Position numbers and translations under genes: made by a program
Notes under the pieces: generated by a model
The model's input: only the letters and a program-made list of their open reading frames with translations
Told to the model about the DNA's origin: nothing
Databases searched by the model: none
Source of the DNA: Ostrea edulis
Lineage: Eukaryota
Length of the DNA stretch: 64,000 nucleotides
NCBI RefSeq assembly: GCF_947568905.1
Contig: NC_079170.1
Coordinates: 62,868,001 to 62,932,000, forward strand
Direction: 5' to 3'
Shown: one piece after another, positions 52,967 through 64,000 of the stretch
How the letters are laid out: every line of letters starts with the position of its first letter
Numbering within the stretch: position 1 is the stretch's first letter

Positions 52967-53770
52967 ATGAGCTTTTTAAAAAAGCATTTACTGAATTCAT
53001 TAATAAAAAAATTATTTCCTAAGCAACAGAAAATCAACTGACATTAACAGTACCAATTTTTTCCTTCATAAAAAGAAGTAAGCATAAAATATACAGTGAA
53101 CACTCACACCCTATGATGGATATCTACCACACCTATTTGAATTTACAATGAAATTTACATCCACAATACACACATGTACTATAAATTCTACATCACATGA
53201 TTTTAATAAATAAATATTAAATGTCATTAGATTTGATGAGATTTCAATTTGTTATCACAAAGTCGATTCCAGCTATACACCGACATGCACATTGAAACAC
53301 CACTATTTGGCAAAGTGAACAAACGTCAAACATGCCAACACTTTTTTCAGACTTGTGTGTAAAAGTGTTACAAAACAAGTTGTTCAATATTTCCTGCTGG
53401 ATTGTGTAAAACTTTAGAATATATTATCATAGTATTCTAAAACATAACAATTTGATTACAAGTTTATTACATCATTGCACTACATGAATTCGACATGTTC
53501 CGGTATTCCCTATCTAGGACATGATTAAGTTCTTGTGACAATATTTTTTCTTTCGCATGTGACCAGCATGACATCCAGTGACCTTTCATCTTTAACCCAT
53601 GAACAGGCGGTGTCCATGCTCAGTTCTGTGTTCATGATGCCAGCATCTTAGTTATTGTTGCACAGAACATATTTTTCATCCGGCCAGCAAGAATGCACAG
53701 CACTTTCCTGTCAGGCGTGCCTTGCGTTGTCACCTAGGTTACGACCTTGAGACTTTTACTGCACACCTTT

Positions 53771-56700
53771 TCAGACATCTGTACCCACTGGCAACCCCTT
53801 CCTGAGTGACACTGCCTGTTTCCTTCGACCTTTGACCCCTGACTGTATCGTGGGTGATCCCAGAGACTGTAGACTAATTTGGCTGGTTTTGGGGGTGGCT
53901 GGTGACCCCCGGGAATGTAGACTGGTCTGACTGTTCTGTGATGTCATGTCCCCATATACCACCACTCCCCCGGATCCTCCAGACGCCTATCAAAACAAGT
54001 AATACACATAAATATACAGGCCTAGTTTGTCCTACCAAAACAGGTGAGACACATAAATATACAGGCCTAGTTTGTCCTACCAAAACAGGTGAGACACATA
54101 AATATACAGGCCTAGTTTGTCCTACCAAAGCAGGTGAGACACATAAATATACAAATCTAGTTTGTCTGTAATATTGGAGTAAAAAAATGATGGAAGCATG
54201 AAGTAATTTGTACAGGCGTTACAATACAACACTATAATGATCATGTTAATTACAAGACAGTGTGTATGATACATGTATCGTCAGTATGTTGTAAGTTATA
54301 TTTATCATTAATCACGAATGATTCTGATTGCGGCATAAGTTTAAGTGTCTTAAATTCTTATTATTTTATGAATTTTATTTGTTACTTAATACAGCATGTT
54401 TTGTATCTATATCTGGGATATTATAGGGTTATTGGAATTATATTGGTGAATATTGGCACGAGTTGGCTGTAAAAAATGCACGAGCTTGCGAGTGCATTTT
54501 GACTGCCAACGAGTGCCAATATTCACCTATATAAGTTCAATAACCCTTTTATTATATAGCTAAAGTATTTAGTTGTTACATTATATCCCTTTTCATTCAA
54601 ACTGCTCCAAAATAGACGAGAATTCATCAATATTGGCAGTGTGCAATAACAGCATGCATTTCTTAACTGTTCAATATTTAACCCATCATTAATGCATGAA
54701 GCAAACTGATTTTGTAAATGGGGCATCATAATTTATGTACAGTAAAACATTTTGCTTAAGTAAATATCAAATACCGGCTCTGTCAGATTCGGAGGACCGT
54801 CGTCTGCCATTTTGGCTTGTTTACGTCATAACGGTAACGTCCATATTGAAAGCTCATACTCGGAATGTTTTGGGCGCATACAATTTACACAATGCAAAGT
54901 TAGCGTTCAATAAATCCTCAGGATATTGAACGCTAACATTCTCTAGATTTTACGCAGATTTTATATTAGACTATTTATTAGCTATATAATAAATTATTTT
55001 ATTGATTTTATCTGTTACTTATACACCATGTTTTGTATCTCTATCTTGGATATAATATGAAATGCAATACCACCACAAAATTGTCAAAGTCAAAGTTATA
55101 AAAACTGTATTGGCATATCATGTTCAAATCACAATGTGCACCATGAGGTAGCCTGCGATACTCGGGCCTAGTAATTTGCATAACAGTTAATCATGCAGAA
55201 ACTATCCCATCATATCCTAATAACACAAACTACAATCTATTTCTTGTTTCTAAATGTAAATTTTGACAATTCAATTTCCTTTCTTGAAAAAAAAAGCATA
55301 GACTTTTATGGTCATTTGCACATCTTAGTGGGCGACTATCATCATTACTGAACACTTTATTCATAGAATATAAATCTTTAATGTATTCAAAAATTTTAAT
55401 GCAAAGGAGGCTGGTGCTCTGTTGATGTAGCTATGATAACTGCATTTTATGGTAATACTGAGCAACCTTGCTTCAGCATTTCAGATGTCAAAATTTAAAT
55501 CCTGTTAATTTTCAAAAACGATGGATTTTTAGTTCACACTAAAAAAGGGGAAATTAATGTACACATGGGATAATAAGGATGAAATATATAATCCATTAAT
55601 GTACCCACCACTCCACTGTCCAAAGATCCACCACTGCTACCTCTCCTCATCCCTTGACCTGTCAATCAGATGGGATCCATTAACAACTGTCGTGTAATGA
55701 CTTTTTGTTCTGAATCAATATGTACAATAGTACTCGTTACAGTTAATCACGGATGAAATGAGTTGTGAAGCCCCCTTGATGGTTGTTGATTGTGGGGGGA
55801 AATGGGCTTCATTTCCTCTGCCTTCATCAACAAATCATATGAGGTTTTAAAGTATGTGTACAAGTTATCTCCCTTGTACCATGCTACACCTACACAACAC
55901 CACCATCTCTAATGATCATACATCCCTCAGCAATGTCTGCTAACCTTTGTTGGTTTAAGTTTTGTAAGATTAAGCTTTAATTTCTGCATTAAAACTTTAC
56001 ATGTACGATTGCTCCTACTTAATTGAATTTTTACCTGGTTATGCACTTAATACCCCCCCCCCCCCCCCCTTTCCAGGCACTTGGATGAAGTTCATTTCTA
56101 AGGATAAAACTCCCCAACAGAAAATTTCTTTCATGAGCTGAGAGATGTGCAACTAAATGCTGAATTTATCAAACAGCAACTCTTCTCTACATTCTTAGAG
56201 GGCCGGGGGCAAGACAGAGAAAAATAATAGTGAACAAGCATATAAAGCACATACCAATATACTTACTGTTATAGTGTGAAATATCAAATACTAGCAAATA
56301 ATGTAAATAGAAATCAAAAGTAAAGAGGGAAAATGCAAACTCCTGATGGTCTAAAGCTTTAGGGAATTCCAGTACCAGTTTATATGGTTCATTCATGCAT
56401 CTAGATTTCAAGTCAACCTGTCGTGCTTCTAACCAACTTCACAAATATTTTATGATCCTAATTCAAGATATATCAGAGTAATAAAAATAAATTATCCCCT
56501 TTGAATACTGATATACAATTGTATGCAATAGCATTTATTCTGTGATACAGTTTAGAAATTGTCTAAGGTGTGAATAGATTTATTTTACAATATTGGAAAG
56601 ACATCATTCACTCTGTACATTGCAAACATGCATATTTTGATTATTCAATCCATCATCCCAAGGCATTTCAATCTATCAGTACAGTCAGTCCATGCTATGG

Positions 56701-59700
56701 AGTTTGCAAACTCAAAAATGCAACAAAAGTAGGTCATGCGCATGCGTACCTTGACATAGATCAGTAAGAGAATTGGACAGAGGAAGTTTCTGTAAGGCGG
56801 GGCAGTCGGGGGCTGACAGCCTATTTATAGATGGATCTGATGGCTTCATGAGCTCGTACATTAATACACGCGAGTCGTCATTTGCATAATGTCTGTCGAG
56901 CGTGTTGTGATTGGCACTGTGTTTCTGCAGCTCTTCTTCTATACGTATCGTTTCCATTCCATTGGTCTAAAGAAAGAGAAGACAACGATATGAAAGTGTC
57001 ATCACAAGCTCAATATTTTCCTATCTGCTGAATTAAACAAACTATCTTCATACAAAATACAATTCAAAGATAGGTTTCAAAATGATAGTAAAATGAGATT
57101 GATACATGAAACTTAACTGACCTTGTGTAAAATATTTTTAACATCATTGTACAGTGAACCTTGTCTAATCCGACATGAACTGGGAGAGATAAATTTTGTG
57201 TCGAATCAGACAAGATGCCAGATGACACAGTGTAAAGAACTTGTAAAACAAAATAATTGGGGATGAAAATCGGGTCCATGTTTACAGTGACAAGGAGTAA
57301 ACAGCTATCAGATGTGGTATGACTATATTGCCTATCATCTAAATGCATTCAAGATTTTCATCAAATACATCCCTATTTTAAAACCTAGCTAGTTCCTCAT
57401 TTTGAATTTTTAAACATTTCCCTTCACTAGAATTCACCATACATACATGACTAAATTGAAACATTTATCATGCTTGTTTTGGTGAACTTAATGTTTACCT
57501 CCAAAATTGCCTCCCTTAGATCATCCACAAATTTTTGTCGATCGTGGTCATTTCTAGCATTCAGCGTGATTAGTACTTTATTGTTCACACCTCCCACCAG
57601 CCGCACGCCGTACTGATAATCTGTAATAGTAACAAAATCGTGTACCATACTGAGTGATAATTAACAACAACCACAGAATATTACATTAGTATAAAACTAA
57701 GACACACTGAAGTTCATGTATTGCCTACTGTTCTTTTTTTTTTTTTTAAAGACTTTACATGATAAAGGATATACTCTGCATAATGAAAAATGTTGCACTG
57801 AACCTTCTTAAAAAAAAAAAATTATATTCAAATTCAATTCAATGACAAATTTCACTTTGAGGAAAAATAATTTGTGAAGGGAACATCATTCAAAGAAGTA
57901 AAGGGCAAGTAATGAACTACTGACCAGACATTCACACACAAAAACTTGATCCGTTACTGTACAAAATCATTTTTCAGAACGGCAATATTCTTATACATGA
58001 CATTTCCAAGAAAGTCTCAATCTTTTAAAGAAAATCAATTTTGCAAATACAGAGCTACTGCTTTGCTGGATGCAGTGTAGTAAGAAGATAAAGCTGGTGA
58101 CTTACGTGAGGTTTCAAACAGATAGACCTGCATGCCGCTGAGTGAGAAGGACTGTTTGTAAGAGTAGGTAATGCCCGACTTCTTCTTACTGAATATTTTC
58201 GTAATCTGAAATCAAAGAAAGTTCCCATTTACATACAGTGTATATACATTTGTCAATTAACATGAATATCTGACCTTAGCATGTATTTCACCTAGCTATC
58301 AAAAGAACAATTTTTGAAGACAGATAAGAGTTGTTCCTCTTTGTGTACTAACCAAAAGTAGGTCATTGAACAGGAAGACTTCTCGCTGATGGAGACCAAT
58401 TTTCTCTTTTTTGTTCGGATCGTGGACTTCATACAAACGACAGTAACACACCAGGCGACGGTGGGGAAGAGCTAGTTGCTGGGGAAAAAAAATGACTAAA
58501 ATGACTTCTGTATCACTCAAACTTTAAATTGAAATTCAGTACGTCACATCTAAACACACACTGATTAGTCATTGCACGACTCCAAAATTTGTATCCTTGT
58601 GCAATGTTGACATGAAATCTACTGCAGTTATAATCATTGTGTATGTGTATCCTGCAGAGCAGATTTCATCAACAGAGGGCATGCCAGTCTTGATTTTCTG
58701 CATGAAGACACATAAAAGTTTACTTTATAAGAAATCTAACAAAAAATGAAAGCAGCTTTGCTTAAACATGTATGTACCATAAGGTAGAAAAACAAATATA
58801 GTATGCCCTCCATTGATCGCATTTGTTGGGAAATTTGTTTCAGCAGAAGTTTCATTACTTAGTAGCTACAGCATTGGAGTAGCACCAGCTGACTGTTGTT
58901 ACGAGGACAAACATTTACATGTATAATATATAATGTCGTATCAAGGATTATTGTCACCCTGTGTAGTTTTCACCTTTCTACACTTGCAGATGGCTTCACC
59001 CCATTCTAAATCTGTCCAGACACAGTTGTCTTCAAAGACAGAAAACTGTTTTGTTCAGTCTTAAATTCACCCACTGACAATCAGAATGGCCCACTGATGG
59101 GGGCGAATATATCCCTTTAACATACTGCCGAGGGTTGAACACTGGGTTAGAATATATAGAGAAATCGAACCTCTTTCACTATGGTGGAACCTCGATCGTT
59201 AGAGGGGGCAACTATATCCATATAACACAGTACTAACATACTGCCGAGGGTTGGACACTGGGTTAGAATATACATGTATAGAGAAATTGAACCTGTTTGA
59301 CTAGGGTGGAACTTTAATTGTAATTGTTAGTTATTAACTAACTAGTTTCTTGCCCTTTCCCTAATTAACTGTTGTTTATCTACTTACTGGTTTCTTGCCT
59401 ACCACCGTCTGCTCGACCTTCATGACCTGAGTGACATGGTCGACCCCCGCGCGGAACTCCTGGACCTGGATTCGGTTGTAGATCCCAATCAACATGTCTC
59501 GGTCCACATCTTGACCATCATCTATGTCTGGGGATCAAATCAAAACAATTTTTAAGCAAAATATTTTTAAACTGACGTATTGTTAAATGTATTTTCTCTG
59601 AAACTAACTTGTTTTGCATGTTGAAATTTACAGTTTAAATTCAAATTGATACAGACATCAGCAGATTCCTCTCACATGAACAGATGCCTTACCACTTAAT

Positions 59701-62700
59701 TTAAAAGGTCACATTGTGTCAAACTAAATGATCTGGGTTATGTTTTAGCAAAGCTAAGGCCCTACGCTTGCAATTAGAAGCCTAATTAACAATTCGACAT
59801 CAAACTGTCTCCCATGTTCAGCAGACATCTGTTATCATTAATGATGCCTATTTACAACATTGGGGATAAACCACAGCAGAGGACCTGAAGACTGGAAAAC
59901 CATGCAGCACTGTGGTGAGACATGCACCACTGTACATCTCCTACACTGCACACTTCTCAAAACCTTCCAATCTGATCATTTCAAGATAAACAGATAATGC
60001 TCTAAATATGCTTTTCTATCAAGATTTCTGTCCGGATACAATTTCCAACTGAATGAAAATACAAAATAATGTATACACTGTATATATTACCCTGTACATA
60101 TTCTGGTTTTGTCAACAAAGCTTGGTTATAGGATGCAGTACATTTTTAAGCATAGTTCCTAAACTCAAGGGGTGCGTTTTACAAAAGAACTTACGACAAA
60201 CTTTACATACTGGAATTTTCAACTTTATTGTAAATCATTCACTCCGAATGCAATATATTTTTTAAAGAAAATATTGAAAATTCAGCCTCAGAAAAGTTTT
60301 GATTAATTCATTTAAAGTAATAACTGTGTAATACAATTTAAGCCTTGCGACTTTGTCGTAAGTTGTTGTGTAAAACAGGCCCCAGGTTTTACTTTCAATT
60401 TGACAAATTCATCTCTTTCCTGGTATTACAACTGATCTCCAAATATTCAATATTAAATAATCTTGAATTATCGTTAATAATCTTTATACAAGGTATCACC
60501 AAATACATGTATATAGACAGGCTGATGCAAACCTTCACCGACGACTTATTGTTCATCATTTATTATACGCTTATCTGTAACAGAAATTCTTCTACATTTC
60601 AATTTCAGCAACATTGGACCTATCACACATTATCTTGCTATTTCTCTTGACACTGCAATTTACCATTCTTCCCAATCTTTTCCGCACAAGATAAACTCTT
60701 ACTTTCCATCACAATACCGTCATGGCGTACGTCTGTACCAGTGTACCACCCATCAAAATGGAAGACAAGCTTCAGTTCAATTCATTTTGTAGTTCATTTT
60801 GTGGTTCAATTGTTTTCGGATATGAATGCTTGCCTGATCTACGTCTGCACTACATAGAACCAAGTTCTCTTATGATACAATGGTACAAATAAATTACCTC
60901 GCAGATTCCTGATGAAATCATCTACTTTCATTTTGCGTTCGGCCTTAATGCTGGAGTTATGAGAGTCTGTGTTTAACATTATGATGGCGAATGCTAAGAG
61001 GAAGATTGTGTCCAGATTTCGGAAATTCTTGATTTGGTCAGGGTTACATGCACAGTAACGGTCAGCAAACGCCTATGAAAGAAAAACAACTACTATGGTA
61101 AATCACGATTTAAGGACATGTCCTAAATTCTGCTGTAAATCGGTATCAAATAAGCTTATAACTCTCTAGAAGACAGAGAGAAATAGCTAGAGGGGGACAG
61201 TGACTAAATATTTCCTTTGACTAAAACTTTTGTGTTTTGAGAAAGCATATCTGTGGACTTGCATACAGTAGTTTATTTTATAAAGGATAGAAATTCATAC
61301 CACGAAAACATTGAATATTAGACTCCAACCAAAATTAATTACTTTACTGCAAATATTGACTGGTGAAATTAATGTCAGATTGGCAGTCCATTCTTTTTTT
61401 TTTATACACAGCATTGGATTTCATGTAATCAGCAATAAATCCTTGCAGAAAGGCCTGAACATAAAAATGAGAATGAAATGCTTTTGAGTACTTTTTTCAT
61501 CATGCCTATCGACTTTTCCCTCTGCGATCTTATAATCAGCTAATTCTGTACTTTTATTAGACACACAGAGGGGGATATCTCCATTGAATTTTACCTCCAT
61601 TAAACGCTCGATCTTCTGTGCTTCACCCTGAAACGAGAGAACAAATCATCAGTCACAGCTCCCCCAAAAAAACCTAAAGATAAAATTCTACACAAAATAG
61701 ATAGGGAAAGTACATACAGCTTGTTTCTACACTGTTCCATCTGGCTCCAGAAGTTTATTTTAATTAAGGGGCAGATGGTATTCAGTAAAACCAGAGGTTT
61801 GCAGGAGACCTTAGTCACTGTGCAGTCTTCCTTTTTCCTTCTCTCTCTTTTTATTATCAGGAAACATCAACTTCCACTGGGTTAGAATTCATAGCTTCAT
61901 CAGGAAGTGATTGTGTGGGAATTCTGATCATTTGGTTTTTTTTTTATTTTATGCCGAAAAATTAAAGTTTAAATATATCTGATTATGAAACAAAAATTAA
62001 ATATTCAATCCCAAATGAAATGTTTGCTTTAAAAAAATAAGCTGTTGAATTCACGGTTTTTACAATCTACAACTTTTTTTTTCATCAAGAAGCCGGGAGA
62101 AGAGAGAGATGGATAGCTATGAAGTAGTCAGAGACTTGCGAGTCACAGAAGACACGGTCCACCTGCCAGACAGACAGCTATTACAACACAATCTAATCTA
62201 CAGTCTGTCTGTCTGACAAGTGAACTCTACCGACCTCTTGACCAATCACTTTGTCAGAATTCAGTGGCCCTTATCTTATCTTAGAGGGATGCCTTCCACA
62301 CTGTGAGGTGTAGCACCCACCAATATCATACCCCTGATCACCTGGTAGAGCCAGCCTCCAACACAGCATAAATCTCACTAAGATGTAATTACATTTAGCA
62401 GAAAGAGGTATATCTTCAAACATCTTGTGTAAGTAGACCCTTCCCTGTTTTCCTCCGTGACAGAATTATCACTCTCTACCCACCATATTTGTTACATCAA
62501 AGGATAGATTTCCAATCATTTGTCATCATTGATATGTTTTGTCTAATTTATGGGAGTATTTTCTTCTTCTAACAACTATGAGGAATTACAGAAATTTGTT
62601 CTAGAAAACAGAAGTATTAGAAATCTGAAAACTTATACCCAAGACTTCGCCCTCCCATATTTCAGGGAAATACCATCTACAATATGCAGAGGTGATGTAT

Positions 62701-62995
62701 GCTAGCTGCACTAGACCAATTAATATGTCAAATCTAATCGAGAATCAAAATAAAATCTTCCTCCTACACAAGCAAGCATTTAATTTTCCATCATAATTAT
62801 TATTGGTGGTGATGCCAACATAGGAATTATTAAAATCATTGTTGATGCTAATTACAAGCACATACACTACTTCCTGTGGAATTATGTCTAAAAATAGATC
62901 AAGCGACACTTACGGGCATTCTGAAGTAGGACTGGAATTTCCTGAGGGCCATGTCCACCTGGAGACCGGACAAGTCAATTTCTTGAGCAAAGTAT
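53771..62995 (-). CDS. IQSEC1: IQ motif and SEC7 domain-containing protein (BRAG/IQSEC Arf-GEF), 3' part: Sec7, PH domain and C-terminal tail; 5' exons lie beyond the window
   Basis: Exons 62995-62914, 61627-61595 (33-nt microexon [11 protein letters not shown]), 61072-60898, 59527-59388, 58478-58353, 58205-58106, 57620-57499, 56966-56750, 55658-55609, 53986-53771 (TGA). Contains FRMP|GE (Sec7 glutamate finger), [28 protein letters not shown] and [12 protein letters not shown], as in IQSEC proteins. Ends ...GTDV*, a class I PDZ ligand. Confidence 0.97.
53987..54170. repeat. 45-bp minisatellite, about 4 units, abutting the last IQSEC acceptor
   Basis: Unit acacataaatatacaggcctagtttgtcctaccaaaacaggtgag starts at 54004, 54049, 54094 and 54139. 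Confidence 0.95.
54425..54993. mobile_element. Second element of the same architecture in the opposite orientation (last IQSEC intron)
   Basis: Palindrome at 54425-54547. Perfect 16-bp IR at 54548-54563 and 54978-54993. Internal hairpin at about 54900-54938. Confidence 0.55.
59118..59315. repeat. Local direct duplication of about 75 bp in an IQSEC intron
   Basis: taacatactgccgagggttg(a/g)acactgggttagaatata...gagaaat(c/t)gaacct occurs twice. Confidence 0.85.
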
Positions 62996-64000
62996 CTGAA
63001 ATAGAATGCCAAACACAATGAAAACACAAGTATGGATGAAATGTTTACTTATTGATGTCTACTGTGCTCATAATACATGTACACAAATTCAGTAATGTGC
63101 AATAGCAAATTACAAAAAAATTGTCTGCATACCATTACATATAATGAGCACAAGAGATGTTAGAAAAACAAAGTAGTTCCACCCGCCTGTGACGCCATCA
63201 GATTTTGCAAAATTAATGATTTATTCAGAATTATGCATAACAGATCGAGAAACATAAATTTTGTTGGAGTCTTTTCCAATAGTTATTGTAAAAAATCTTG
63301 TTAACCATAAAATATTTCAAAATGTTTCAAAATATTGAATCCAAGGGCAATAACTCTGTTTCCACTAAAATCTTTATCAATTAGTCCATTATGCAATAGA
63401 TTCCCTTTATTTTTCACAGACGTTTATTTTTAAGACAGTTGTTATGAATACTGTTATATTGTTTTAACCAGTTTAGTGAAGTTTTCATAATGTTGTTTAA
63501 GGAAAATTGCAATTTTCTGATGTAGATATATGATTCTGTTTATGCATATCTCACATCTTAAAACGTGTGCATGATGACCTATATATTTCACTTGATAATT
63601 CATTAGTTTTTACTCCAATAAATTGAAATGAATTGACTTTTCATACTTTTGTCAAATAATAATGCAAGCATGTAGTTGATGCTTATACCTAACTCAGATT
63701 TAGATGTAATTTTTTGAGGGTGCCTTTAAAATGTCCCATTTCCTGGAACTCTCCATGCTTGTCTGTCAACAAGCTGGATTATATAGCCATGGATGCATTC
63801 TTAAATGTAATTAGTTGGACATGCATTGTGATGGCAATGTTATTGTTTAGCATGGCAATTTGATGTCATTGATAATTATTGTGAAATGAACCATACATGT
63901 ACGACACATTTCAAAGTTTTTCATAGCAAAATCATGTTGGAATGAAAAATCAGTACATTAATCATGTTGGAATGAAAAATCAGTACATTTACATGCTTAA

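Noticed and set aside
53874-54171. Repetitive ORFs ([13 protein letters not shown] / [12 protein letters not shown])
   Set aside because: Translations of the 45-bp minisatellite, with no start or splice support.

Overview
This is AT-rich, intron-rich animal DNA, most likely from a bivalve and probably an oyster. That assignment is an inference from the repeat families and gene content. I rebuilt four spliced genes by hand, with GT-AG junctions and consistent phases. (1) An inter-alpha-trypsin inhibitor heavy chain-like gene (+, 11 coding exons, 1768-25264; first exon not found) with VIT, an intact MIDAS vWA, the DPHF motif and the C-terminal domain. (2) A convergent secreted protein (-, 29355-32516) with a Lys- then Ser/Thr-rich N-terminus, two reduced chitin-binding-like repeats and a LamG-like domain; it resembles the Pif/BMSP/LamG3 shell-matrix family but lacks vWA. 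(3) A secreted PAN/apple-like plus C-type lectin gene (-, 45915-49809). (4) The 3' half of IQSEC/BRAG (-, 53771-62995). Introns and intergenic DNA hold a decayed Penelope-like (Naiad-type) RT with four 3' fragments, four copies of a headless SINE-like element, three Helentron-type satellite carriers (two nested), MITEs, two palindrome-ended Crypton-like elements and several minisatellites. There is no CRISPR array, rRNA or intact tRNA. I cannot demonstrate a new biological system. The strongest unexplained signals are: about 10-fold enrichment of TACATGTA, shown at two paired repeat copies to arise as a TA>TACATGTA insertion (a transposon-excision-footprint pattern); two otherwise unrelated elements sharing one cis-signature; minisatellites that copy splice sites; and a strand-asymmetric hairpin in an IQSEC intron.
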